A DNA stretch of 32,366 bases from Choristocarpus tenellus KU-1152 (taxonomy: Eukaryota > Protista > Phaeophyceae): NCBI GenBank assembly GCA_964200185.2, contig CAXNAD020000070.1, positions 1 to 32,366 of the forward strand, written 5' to 3'. Both the position numbers and the translations under genes were made by a program. How positions within the stretch are numbered: the stretch's first letter is position 1; every line of letters starts with the position of its first letter. This document shows, piece by piece, positions 1 to 13,900 of this stretch. A model generated the notes under the pieces. That model worked only from the letters and a program-made list of their open reading frames with translations, was not told the DNA's origin and did not search any database.

Positions 1-1847
1 CATATTTTACTGAATTCCTTATCATATGTACTATACAAAGCTGTACCATAGTATTAGGATACACTGTATTTATAGCCTCTGGAAAACCCTTTAGACCTTG
101 AGGGTAGGTGATGCCGTGGGTAGGGTGAGAATTGTGCTTCAAACTTGGGATGAGTATTATTGTATTGTATAAATATACTTCAAATATTTTCTTGTTTTGC
201 CTGAGCGGTATGAGAGCCGTTATCAAAGCAAGAATAACAGAACAATTATATCAAAAGCAAACAACGGAAAAAAATGGATACATACTGAATACCACGATGC
301 CTACCCTCTGCCCCCGACCAGTGCCTATGCCAGCTAAGGCAACAAACACACACGACATCCGTGTCAAGCAAACACTTGAAGGACCTGGCAGGCAACCAGG
401 AGTGGAAGCAGATAAGCTGAATAGGAAGAGGAAGAGGAAGGTTTATCTAATTCCTATGATCTTGGCGGATATATTCCTTCATTATGTCACCTTTTCTGTT
501 CCTTGTTTCCAAACTCCTACTAGTCAGATATTTGTTGCAGTCGTTAATGTTGTGACATTATAGGAATGAAAAAGAAAAGATAGAAGATGCAATAAGTGAG
601 TGAGTGAAACTTCGAAGCAACAAAGAGTGGGATCATCATTAACACCACCAGCATCGTCAAGGTCCTCGGGAATAATAATAATACCCCTTAGGAACACATC
701 TGATCTGTTACAGGCGACATGTCTTCATGGCGGTCTTATAAACACTATTGTGACCTTGGAAGTTCAAGATTTGATATATTTGTACTCCTTAAAAAATTAT
801 TATTTGGTCATTACGGTCCCTGATTGTTGTAAGACATCGCCGATCAGTTCCTTTTTATGCCATCATATTTATGATAATCAAAGTGAGAAGACATACAGCA
901 TATTTGACGACTTGGGCATCACGAGTCCTACACGTGCATCAGTATCATCTAGAGGCCTCAAGGTTGGAGCTATACATACAGTCGAGGTAAGCTACTGGAG
1001 CACGCTGTGCTGTAACAGATCTATTTGAAACGTTCTCATAGCTTACAAGAAAATGGGAAGATTAAGCACTAACATTAAGAAATCATTCACCAATCCACGC
1101 TGAGGATACCTTCGACTTCATCTACTTTGGCATTTTGGATCGACTCCAGGCAAGAAGGCTTCTTTATTATCCCCATCCATCCATCAAGGGATCAACTACA
1201 ATAACAACACATCTATACAACTGATGCAAACATTGTATCTTTTTATCCTACCCCACAACTAGGGTGGGTCCCAAAACTGTAAAAAGTTAAGAGAAGGGCC
1301 CCAAATCGTCGACCTACAACAGGTGCACTTACAGTTACTCCCACTCAAGAGAAAGACCGAGCACCGGGCATATGGAGAGCAGTTGCTGAAGCCCGTTACT
1401 TCTCTCTCTAATCTACTCAACAGAATTCCCTATAATACTAGTGCGGAAGTCTTCAATGTGAAATGGATGAGGTACAAAATTATACAGCAGACTTCAAGGG
1501 TTCTGGACCACATGTGTGAGTCACTTTCTTTCATGATATGAGGCGTACATATTTTGCACACTATTCACCAATGATCGAGACAAAGCAGGATTAAAAAAAG
1601 TCTAGTGTACCTGGATTCGTTGAGACCAAGTTTGACAAGGTGAGAGTCAAACACAATGTCATTCTCCACGTTAAACCAAATACCACTCCCATCAGATTAA
1701 ATATTCACAACAAATAAGCCCTCACCATATTCAGAAAAAGGCACCACAGGTACAAAGCACTTCATTCCTAGTGCCACCTTATGTTCTAATCACTTCAATG
1801 GCCAAGTATATTTATCTACACTCCACTCCTATCTAGTATGGTTTGCA

Positions 1848-1940
1848 TCAACTCAGGTAACTCTCGATCGATTCACCAAGAACTCCTTCGATATATTTCA
1901 CAAGCCTTCTGCACTCTCGTTCCACGTCCGGGTCACCATC
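1848..1940 (-). CDS. HEATR1: HEATR1 exon 28 (stop codon)
   Basis: cag|DGDPDVERECRRLVKYIEGVLGESIESYLS*. Confidence 0.92.
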   Translation of the reverse strand, partial: DGDPDVERECRRLVKYIEGVLGESIESYLS

Positions 1941-4900
1941 CTGTCCATACACAACAAGTTGGTTGGGGTACAAGTACAGCAGAATCATGAGCCTGTCATC
2001 ACAGTCATCAATATATTCCACAAACCAACGCTGTACCCACAGAAATATCATCAACTGCAGGCCTTGAAAGGAATGATTGCATCGACCTCAAATACTTCAC
2101 CAAGAACTCCTTGATGCAAGCTTCTATTACCAACAACACAAGTGCGACATACGCATTCTACAATCAACTATAAGTAGATGATACAAAGGGTTATTTTTTC
2201 GTCTGAATCATTTCTACCAAAGGCACATTTCAAGTCTTGCAAGAGGAACGCACTAGTGTCTTCACACACAATAAGGCACTGAGATCGAGAGAACTTCACA
2301 AAATACATTTCTTCAATCTGCTTTCCAAAAGGCATTTTCAATCAAGAGCTTGTGCGTTGCATAAAGGACCGTCGAAAACAAAGTGGGACAACAATCCAAA
2401 CATAGACAACAAACAATCAGGGAGGCGGAATCCTCTATGTGCACTTTCAGCTGTGATTAAATCAATTTGTCAGCAACATAGTGCTAATAGTTCAGAATAT
2501 CATACAGAGGTTTCTGTCTGAAAGGTTCAAGAAATGGAGTTACTCTCTCTACTTCAGTGTCACCAGTATCCTCAAGAAAAGAGTCTCTAAAAGTAAACAG
2601 TACTAACAAAAACAAAGAGAGAGAGCTGAGATACTAATCATTTACCATTACCTCCCCTGCCTACATGCAGCACACATTCTACAGGTGCACAAAACAATAA
2701 AGTAAACATTCCTCACCAACGCTTATCACCCCTCACCTCAAGAAGCTCACTGAGGAACGGAATGCACTCTGGCAGTAGCGCCAAGAATTCCTCCCCTACC
2801 ACCTCAAAGCACTGATGCAAGCACACAAGTGCTGCCACCCTCACCCCTGCAACATCTGATCTGGAGCGGAGCATTATGGCGTTTACCAGCCCCTTCCACA
2901 TTGCATCCTTCCCAACCGCAGCCGCCAGTTGGGCCATACATGGTGCTAAACACTTCTCTGCAAAATCCCGACAAACCGCCACTTTTCTTTTGCCACGTGA
3001 GAACAAAGAAGATGAACCATCACTGGGAACAGTTTCCTGTTGAGCTGCATGGCACTCCAGGTGTGCTACCAAGGCCGGCATTACCGAATCAAAGCGTACC
3101 TTGTTCACAAATCCTTCCCGGTCAAACAGGAAGCACTGGTGCAATGAAGAAATAATCAATCGGGTCATGTCCATTCGCCGATGCCAGGATTCTCCAATCG
3201 AACCTGCCCCATCAACGCTTCTGCTGCCATCCTCCGACTCAGACATATCCATATCTTCACTCTCCCCTCTGCTCTTTCCTGCCCGTTTCCTTTTTCCCTC
3301 CTTTTTCTGTGGTGCACCATCCTGGTTGACCTTCCTCCTACTTTCACTGTGCTCCTCACCCATGCTGCTAGCAGCTTCGAGGTCCTCCCGACAGTCCTCC
3401 AGTACATGTGCAAAGTATGGCGTAAAAATACTCTGCAGAAAATCCACAACAACGCCAACAAGATGGGCACAACACAGAACAAAGGAAAACAAAAATGGTA
3501 AGGAACTTCCACCAGTACTTACAAACACACGGGTACAATGATGAGGATCAAGTCTCTCATTGCTTTCCTGTGTGTCTAACAGAAGATACCACTTGGGCAA
3601 CCAGACCTAGACACAAACAAGTTACAACACACCCTTTCAAAAACGTAACCTCAAAAATCACAAAGTCCATAGACCATCATCATCCTTTCCTCAACATCAA
3701 GTGTAACACTGACCTTGAGTCCTGCAGACAAGCTCTCTAGCACTCGGTAGAATGATAGTCTCCTGTCCAGGCCATTAAGCTCGCTCCCCTCTCCCTCCCC
3801 CAATCCACCAGCCATTGACTTCCACTCACAAAGTCGCAAGAAGACAGGTCGCATCTGGGCCTCACTGAGGTGCATGACCACGGCAACAAGCGACTCAGCT
3901 GCCTCAGAGTCCACCAGGTCAGCACCCTCTAGTCCTCTACTTCGAGCGATGTTGGAGGCATACACCCTTCTGAAGTCCAGTGCCCTCATTATTAGGTTTG
4001 TGAGTTGTGGCAGAGCCTCTGCGACAGCATCTCTGCTCAAACCAGTCACAACCTGACCAAATCAAGCGTGTATTATGATGGGGGTTTATTGTCACTGTAG
4101 TGTGTATGCACAGAGTACTATACTAAACTCATGTATTCCACATTAGAGTTTCATGACATTTCTTGTCATGGCAACAAACCAGCAATGAATTCGTCCCACA
4201 ACAAAGCTGCGAATCACCCACACATTCAACAGCTTGGACAACCAACAACAGACATCTTATCAAAATCAACCAAACACTGCGTATCACAATTCTGAAACCT
4301 CCTTCCGAAACTACCACAAAAGAAGTCCTCAAAACACAGAAATGGCCCATCGTGCAGCAACCTTTCCTACCCGAAAACAACTTCTCAATCAACAAAAAAT
4401 ACTCCCTTGCTTTGTGCTAACAATCCAACCTACCCATTGTCACAAAGGGAATAATACCTCGCGGATGTATAGCATAAGACGCGCCACAGATTGGACGACA
4501 TCCTTCCCTTCCTTCTCTACCAGCAGACTATCATAACTCTTGCACATCGCTGGCACAAGCAACCTTGACTCCACTCCTGCCGCTACGAGGGTGGCTACAC
4601 GATCACAAGCTTGCCGGATACTCCCCCCCGGCTGATTTCCCGCCCCTTGCCTACATTGCAGTGTAACAACTAGAATCCGCACAAGGTAAGGACTCAAAAA
4701 GGTTGGCAGACTGGCAGCCACAGTTGCCACAGCTGAGAGTGCACTTGTCTCTAAAAGGGACGATGCCCTCTTTCCCTTGCTTTTTGTAACAGTTACGTCC
4801 TGGCTAACTTCAAGGGCATGAAGCATGGCTGGGAAGAATCGTGGAAGACATGGGAATGCACGTGGTCCCAAAACTGCACAAAGCGTTGCAAGGACCAAAA

Positions 4901-7900
4901 ATGCACTCGAAGTCAAGGGCGCACTGGTTGGTGTCGCCTCCGGTGACGCACTGGTGTCACCTGGATAGAAAAAAATCCAGTTTTGCAGTTGAGAGTGAGA
5001 AGGAGGAGCAGAACATGACCAGTTCAAACCGGGAAGGAGACCAAGAGGTCATGTATGTCGTGGCTGATGCTTGTAATGAAGTTAGAGAACCATCTCTACA
5101 AAAAGATCAACACAACACCCTTCCCCACAACCAACATCTCATACTGTCAACTTCATTCCAATTGACCAATCACATTCCAGCTACAACTACAAAAGCAAAA
5201 CAAAAATAAGAAAATACACCCACCTTGCGCAAGGTGATGTCCACCCTCCTCCACAATGACAGTTACAACATCAAGCACACTCACAAAAGCCTTAGGATGC
5301 CTCCGTCCCAGACTGCGAGCCAAAACATCCAGGCTCAGTAGAGCTGTTTGTCTATTCAACAAGCTTTCCTCCATTTGCCCCTGAACATCCGACATATCAT
5401 CGTCCCCGTTGAAACTATTAACCCCTTCAGTACTGCCAAGAACCTTTCGACCACGACCTGCAGCAACCCTCTTCGTATCAGGAAGCATATCCAAGAACAA
5501 GAACTCCTCTTCGGGAGATAGACGGAGGGGTGCAAGGCTGGCAGAACCACCTTTAACAACACCTCCACTCGAAGGGTCATGTTGATGGCTGGGGTCCAGG
5601 CGTCTTGTGAACATCTCCAGAGCCTTTCTACGCACATGCGCGTCCTTTTCAATCCATAAATCACAGGAAAGATTCAAGCGACACAAAAAAGATCGTTCAA
5701 ATGATATATCTATAGACTGTGGTGTAAGTGTAGGCAAATCCGCGACACAGACACCGGCGACGCATAGCCAGCGGTCCAGTACAACTCAACTGTACAACAA
5801 AATCTGCAACAACAGATACCCTACAAAGTAGTTACTATCATCTGGTGCAAACGTACCTCTCAAGGGAGACCATTACGGTCAATCAACCATCCTTTGAGGA
5901 ATAGTATTTTTCAGGGTAGACACGGAATGTAAGGTCGACTAGAAAGTGAAAGGATTCATAAACGAATTTCATTTCATTTTCAACAGAAGTCGACCTTTTC
6001 CTTAGTTTATTTATCATCAACACGCAACTTTGATGTATTTTTTGGGTTTGTTTCACTACACACTAAATATCCTCATTGTACAAGACAGAATGGACAGGGA
6101 AACATTTTCAGCTGAAAGAGGGAGAGGGAGAAATAGATAGGGGAGGAATGTACCAGGCCCGTATATCCACCAACAAGCTTGTCATTGACCTTGAGTGGGA
6201 AAGTTTTGACCTAGTAATTTACTTTGGCAGGTTTGGACAAACCAGAGCGGGTAGAGAATCCTGCTCTGGGGATTAGTTTCCTGCAGACAATATTCAGCGC
6301 CAACCTTTACAAGTTACAACAGATTCCACCCTCACCTCATGCTGGAGTAGCTCTTGAGTCACCACAATGAAGGATGGTATCGAGAAGAGCGACTGTAGAG
6401 TGTCCAACACCTTTGCAGAGAGTGACCATTGCATTCAAATATTTGACTGTTAAAAAAGAGTTGAAACTTCCCACTACTCACACCCATTACCTAAGAGATA
6501 GCAATATACGTTATAACATCACAGGTACACCAGTTTTCCAACTTTTGCTGAACAATCTTGAACCCAGAGATAGGTTGTAGCGGACTCAATCATCAATTCC
6601 TAAAAACATGATAACACTGCAAAACCCCACATATGACAACAAGAGGAAGACTTTTATAAAAATAGTCACTTCCTCTTACATTTTCATTCTGAATACAAGA
6701 AGCAAGTTCCAAAAGGTGCACATTAAAAAATACACCATACATCCACAACCTGTAAAAGTCAAACACAAACAACCTAACATGATACCCACATCATAAGCAG
6801 TTAGTCTCAGCTGTGTCCAGTCCACTGCCAACTTAGAAGATGATTCACCACCAGCTTGCTCGAAAAATGACAGCGTCTTCAACAGTAGAAGCAATTCCTG
6901 GTGTTGAAATAAAATGAAAATAGTTCAAATAAAAAGAACATGCCCAACAACGCTCATTCCCACATCCTTTCTGAGTCCACCGTCACCATTCCCTACGCAA
7001 CTTGGTTTAACATCCACTGAGATTTATTTACACCACGCATCACCTGTTTACCACCTACCTAACAGATGTTCTCTAGAATGTGATGTGAAAAATATGCAAT
7101 ACTTGATAAATGCATAGAATAATGATTTATTAGTACTGCCAGAAAGTATGTAAAGACAAAACCTAGCTTCACGATTTTACGGTCCTCTTTGACAAGGACA
7201 ACAAAATTCAAGGACCTAAAAAACTCTACAACAAAATATTCTGGCACAGGTTGTGTTGACGCCTTTATTTCACTTACCTCACACAACAGTAGAAACCCCC
7301 TTTGTGTCTTGGACACATCCATTCCCACCGAGCTCCCCTTGCCTCTTCTCCCATCAGACACATCAGCTGCTGCAATGCGATGAAGTAGTGGCTTGGACAC
7401 CAGGTGATTTACCAAAAACTCCATACACACCTTGAGGAAAACCCCAGATACACCCTCCCCGAGGTCAAGGACTGGACCAACATCAAGCGACATGAATCCA
7501 GCACCGTTCTCATCTGCATTCCCCTCACACCTTGTTACAGAAAAATAAATAAAAGTGAATGATTAAATAAAACCATGAGTACACATCAATCGCCAAGAGG
7601 AATATATAGAACAACAGTTTTAGAGGCGGTAAGGGGAGGAGGGTACACATCAATGCCCCTTATTTCGCAGACCTATTTCTGTGCGACACCCCTCACTCTT
7701 GATCTACCAAGCCTGCTGACAAAGATTTAACCCCAACCCTAACTTCAAAGGTGCGCAAGGACAATTTAACTAGTTAACCACTACTGTCATTTTCTGTACT
7801 ATGTACTGTGGCACTACACTATCCCTTGTTCAGGCCAGTGCCTTCGAATTGGGAAGGCAAGCTGTCCAATTCTTGCTCCCTAGGAATGCAAAAAATGACC

Positions 7901-10900
7901 TCCACCACCAGAGTTTCATTCAACACGTGACAATGTGAGGCAGTGAAGTGGTAAAAAATAATAACTATCTCAAGTCCACCTACCCATCATATGCCGAATT
8001 AGACAGGGGCACAACCAGGAGTCCTTCCTCCCCATTGTCGGCGCCCAACCCTTCAGGCGCTACAAACACCCTCATTGCTTTTTTGATCACCTCTAGGTCT
8101 ACCTTCCCCTCCCTTCTCGCAACTCCCAAGCATAGGCGATGGCAGGCTTGCACAAGGCCAACAAGGGCATTTACCTTTGAACACAAGCACGAGCAATATA
8201 AATACACACACAGATAGTCAACGGAGGAAACGCACAAGATCAAGGAACTCTTAACAATATCGTTTCCCAATGCACACATCATGTAACTTCGGAACAATTC
8301 ACCTCTGGTTTAAGACATTAAAAAGTTGCAACAAAATTGCTTATACCAGAATGTTTACATTAAAAACAACCGACATGTGTGCTAATCACTATTGGAAACG
8401 ATCTGAACATTTACCCACATTTAAATCAAACAATGAAAGCTACATGTTGGAGGAGTATGGTCAGCACCAACTCCTCTACTGTAATGTACGGATATCTGAT
8501 TATCCAGGTCCGAGTGAGGTAATAGCCGGACCAAGAATGCCCAGAATTCCGCCTTGTCAAGGTCCATCTAGCGCTACCCATTGGAAGCCTCACTGGCGGG
8601 TGAGAAAATAACCGCTTAGAGGGGCAAAAAAGGGCGCTTTTCTTTCAGTCGCATTTAGCTTCTTTCTACAAATCATTTTTGTACCAATTTTCCTTCACAT
8701 GCCAAAAGAAACCAAACAGGCAGTTCACACAAGCAGGAGTGGATAACAACAGTGGATAACACTAGCACACATTTGTCATGCAATGTATTGATGTACTGCA
8801 TACTTCCAGCAATTGAAATTCTACTGGACTCATGCATACATGATTAATCAGAGCAACAGATATCAACGCTCATTACCCCCCAGACAAAGGACACATTACA
8901 AAAAATCACTCTACAGTACTTACCAACATACAAAAGAAAATGCCCCAAGAGAATTTATACTCCAAGAATGATAACAGAGCCTACTCATCGCTACACACCC
9001 CTCAGTACATGCACCCACAACATACCTGTGAACGTGGCTCCGCACAGTGGCAAGTGTGATGAGCAAACTCAACCGTACGCACTTCATCCTTCTTCAACTG
9101 ACTTCTACCACCACCACCACCATCTTTTAACTCTCCCGCCATGTTTGTAACCTCATCCTTTGCAGCCTTGCACAGCAAAAGCGTAGTCACAATGTGCAAG
9201 CAATCCTCTCCCAGGGATCCCACTAGGGTTCCAAAAAGAGGTGTCTTGGAGTGAACCGGTGTGGAATCAAGGACCCTCACAAACACCTGCTACGTTTGCA
9301 GCGAGTGTGGATTCATCAGCAAGGAACATTTTATATACTCTTCAACAATACTACAGGGGTTCCTTCATTTGTTCATGTTCTTAGAAAGACAGAACCTCTA
9401 TCCACCATCCTTCACTTCTATCCAATAATAAATCAATCAACGCACAGATTGTTCTTTAACTACACACAAGAATAACCCACAAAACTCTCAAAGTGTTCCT
9501 CTTCTTCTACATTTTCCACATTTCTCAACACTAGTTGCTCTAGTATACTCCCCAGTCATCAACCAACACCCTCATTTCATAACAGAATCTCATACACAAT
9601 CTATTTCTAAATTGGCTTGAGAGTGGAGATCAATAAAAGTTACACTCAATACTTTGACTAAGTAGTACAATTATGACCAGTCAGAAGAATACATGCACTT
9701 GAGAATGGAAATATCCCTATACTTCACCCTCTAAAAGAAAAAGTACTTAATTCTTTTCAAAGACTGTTCGAAAATCTGACAATTTCGAGTACAAGCAGAC
9801 AAACTACAACTGTTCTAAGAGATATCCATCCATCCACCCAGTTTTCCTGTAACACTCAAAATTGTCTCTTTTTTTGGATGTACACCTACAAGATACTAGT
9901 TTCTTTTCTAATCTTGACCACACGCCAAAAATATTTTCCCTGCACTATCCAAATCCGCTCAACTCAATCATCGCTCACCTCCACAACATACTGAGCGCCA
10001 ACTCCAGACTTTTTCCCGTGCTCCTTGAGTGCTGGCACGATGGTTCTCACAGCCTGTTGAGTCAATCGCACTGACCCCTCTCCGTCACTTCCCCTCACAC
10101 CTCCGCTAGCTTCTGCCACTGCTGAGGCTCCAAGGACATCCAGAAGCACAGGCAGTCCTACAGCCATCTCCGCCGGGAACAACTGAGTCATACGGGCAAG
10201 TAACAACAGCCCACTATTTCTGCTCGTCAGAAAATGGAAAACAGTACAAAATACGGACAACTATTAAAACAAAAAATGAGACAAAAAGGAGAGGGTCCGA
10301 TACAGAATATCTAGCACAACAACATGATCAAGATTTTGTACTACACATTAAAAACAGAATTGCATACGGGCTCAAGTTTCAACAGACACGTCCAACTTCC
10401 TTCAACATTTTACATCCGTCGATCTTTACACAAACCTCGATATCTTGCTCTACCAACCTATTAGCTCTCGGTACGAATTGCAAATAAGATCAATGCACAC
10501 ATCTCTAGAGAAAAAATACTTGATCACATGAACCGTAGTCATTCTTGACATCGAGGAATGTGAACATTCAGCTTTAGTGTGAAAAGTATCACCACTCTAC
10601 TCTCAACAACGGGAAGCATCACAGTCCGTAACTGTCACACACACACACCTCAAAACAACAACAAGTTCATGCTTAGTAGTGTTAGGGTTCGTGAACAAGG
10701 CAGTAAGACTCAAGTTCGAACCGAACACCGAGATTTCAGCGTTACCATCTCTGACCACCCTTTGACATTACAGCCTGAAACATCCAACATGGGCAAACAA
10801 TCTACTTTCTTATGGTAGTGTTAGGTGCCTCCCTTCTTCAACAGAACATTGTCGTCAACAACCAACCTACTTTCTACTTGACATCGATTGTGGACGTTCA

Positions 10901-13900
10901 GCATTAGCATGGAAGTAGATCACAGCTTCTCTCACAATAGAGGGAAGGATCAGGTATGCATTTTGTCTTCCTAACGTCTCACAGTCAACAATTTATCAAC
11001 GGAAGAAACACACATTAAGCCGTTTTTGCACTACTGACTGCTCATAAGATTGAGCCACTTACATTCAACAGAACATTGTCATCAACAACCAACCTACTTT
11101 CTACTTGACATCGATTGTGGACGTTCAGCATTAGCATGGAAGTAGATCACAGCTTCTCTCACAATAGAGGGAAGGATCAGGTACGCATTTTGTCTTCCTA
11201 ACGTCTCACAGTCAACAATTTATCAACAGAAGAAACACACACTAAGCCGTTTTTGCACTACTGACTGCTCGTAAGATTGAGCCACTTACATACAAGTCAT
11301 CTTAGTCTAGCATAGGTTCAGACTATGTCACCTCAGGCTTTGTTCCATACTGGAGTCACGACCTAGCTCTGAATCCCCCTTAACACAAAGAAAATAAAAC
11401 AACTATGTATACAGATATATATACTATTTAAACTCTACAAACTCTAGCGCTTGACTTGACAGTACAAGACTCGGAAGACTAGTATTATAATAGAACTCCA
11501 TATTCCAAAAAAAACAAATGTACACAATTCGTTGTGCGGTTTATATTTTAGAAAGGTGTTCATCAAAATGTACTACATTACACTGTACCACATCTCATTA
11601 CTACAAAAAGACATCTCTGTCAAGCCACTTGATCCAAAATTGAGGTAAGTTTAAAATTATATTGTCATACACAAGCATGCACACCTCCCTTACACCTGTC
11701 AACGATTGGCCCTAACAAATTCAAATTAAAAAAAATCGACTACCTACAGTATCAACCAAGACACAATACAAGAGAAAAAAATACACTTCAAAAGTGTGAG
11801 GCACAGCAAACATGGACTTTACACTAAACATACACGGCAACAATGAAATTATACTACGCAAAAGGCGTTCAGCGCCAAGTCATCAATAAGCAGAGCATAT
11901 TAGGAGGCAATTCGTACCTTGTCTGTGGGCTTGGATTATCTCGTATGCACTGAACAACCGCTTCAGCATCATACCCCGCCCTCGTCTCATCGTACAAACC
12001 CTTTCCCCTCGACCAACCCACTCCCCGCCTAAGAATCATTTCTAGAGAATCTATCGTTAGCCACAAACAATACTCTGCAGCAGACACATCCACCGCAGTG
12101 CCTGCCACCGGGTCATCAGAACTAGCTTCTGGCCCAAGTGATGCACTCAGCAGAGGCAAGATCGCACTGAAGAGTGGCCTCACCAAGGCCCAAGATTGAT
12201 TTTTCCACTTTGTTTTTGGTTCTAGAGATTGTTTGTCCCCAGTACTGCGGTCAGAGGCATTGCTCAACGCCTGTACAAGCTCCATCACACCCGAAAGTGC
12301 TACCGCCCAGTCCTTACTGGTCGCATCCAACAAAACCCTCACAGGTATTTCCTTGTCCTCCCCTCCCTTAGAGGGGGTCACCCCTTGCCCCGTACGAGTA
12401 TCTTCCTCCTGAGCATCCAAACGCCTCTTTCGTCGCCTGACAACTCTCTCCTTGGCTGAGTCGGTCTTGAACAATTATTGTACATGACCCAGAAAAGAAA
12501 AAATGGACAACTTTTTAGAGAGGTTAGTTACCCTTTCAGCGAGACTCAAATATTAGACCATTGAATTAAAATTAAGTTGGCCCATCCAACCTCACAAACT
12601 ACAACGCTGAGGACAACAGCTACATATTGTGCTTCCCAAAACAGGACCATGCTCAGCATGGTCAGCACAGATCCATTAGGTTGACCTACCGCTGTTGTCT
12701 TACAAGGAGTCCCACCTTATCTCTAATCTTGGAAGATACGTTCCGTGACAGAAAACAAATGAAGCATGCCCTTTGAGAATTTTCTTGTACTTTACCAAGG
12801 AATAAAGCAACCAGCTATGCTCCATAGCGATTTACCTACATTTCCAATCATAGCTCGACATCAATTATCCTATTTACAATTCATCAGTGACAAATACATG
12901 AAACATACTAGCAAAGCCCTCTCCCTTGGTTCCAATGTCAACAAAATAAATGCATCCATGCAAAAACACCTGCAACAATATTATTTTACTCTGTTCGAGC
13001 ATCGAATTACATTCTAAATTAATCAGGTTTGCTTGGGATAACACAGACCTCAGTCAAATCGCTTACTCAAAAGGATTATTTTCTCTTGTCAAAATTCTGA
13101 CATGAGTGCACACACTTCAAGCTTTGCAAGTTGAGCGACCAAACCTCAAGACGCGCTTTACATACAGTACAACAGTAGTCCAGTCAGAAATTGTAACCCA
13201 CCAAAACCCAAGCTCAGTGCATTCATCTTATTCACAAAATTGACACATATTATCCTTCAATGATAGATATCCACATAGACCATCACATTTTGAGCAGAAT
13301 TTGCAACGAGAAGTATTGCCCAATCAGGCACCTATTTTGTTCAGAAAATCTTCCAACAAATCTAAACCCACTCCAACCTTCAAAATCATTTTGCACTCAC
13401 TTTCTTAGGGTGAGTTGTTCCACAACCACTCATCACCAGGGCATTCACAACCCTGCTAAACTCCTGAGGAGTGACACCCAAGCCACCAAGAGCATTTACA
13501 ATTCGCCACCGTTCTGTTCCTCCAAGGCTAACCTCCAGGATGGTCATGAAAAACACCGTTCTATGCACATACTTCTCACCAACCGCTCCCATTGCTGACA
13601 CAGCACTGTTTGCCACTGCCACCAAGGCCAGCTCCTGGGCCAGACCAGGTGTTCTTAGAGCCTCAATAAATAATGCTCTACCCTCTGCTTGGCCTCCTTT
13701 CTTGCTCTCCTCCTTAACCCGCCTACCGTTGCTTTCCCCGCAAACCTTTCTCTTTTTCTTTTTGTGTAGTCCATCACTTCCTTCAACAGTCGTTGAGATA
13801 TCAGTTCCCGAAGAGCAAAACAGCTCCAGAAGAAGCCTTAGAAGGTGTGCACAACCCTCTTTCGCCGCAATGGAAATAGCGCTTGTGCCTACATTGCTCT

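Larger units (their letters stand above)
10837..11290. repeat. Two-unit tandem duplication, 227-nt period
   Basis: 10837-11063 and 11064-11290 differ by only about five substitutions. Confidence 0.95.

Noticed and set aside
132-1028. Plus-strand ORFs of 143 and 142 aa
   Set aside because: Non-ATG starts and no recognisable homology.
8482-8638. Interpreting the triplicated element as a SINE, MITE or CRISPR-like repeat
   Set aside because: No terminal inverted repeats, target-site duplication, pol III boxes or repeat-spacer pattern; the ACA terminus, covariation and rRNA complementarity favour a snoRNA.
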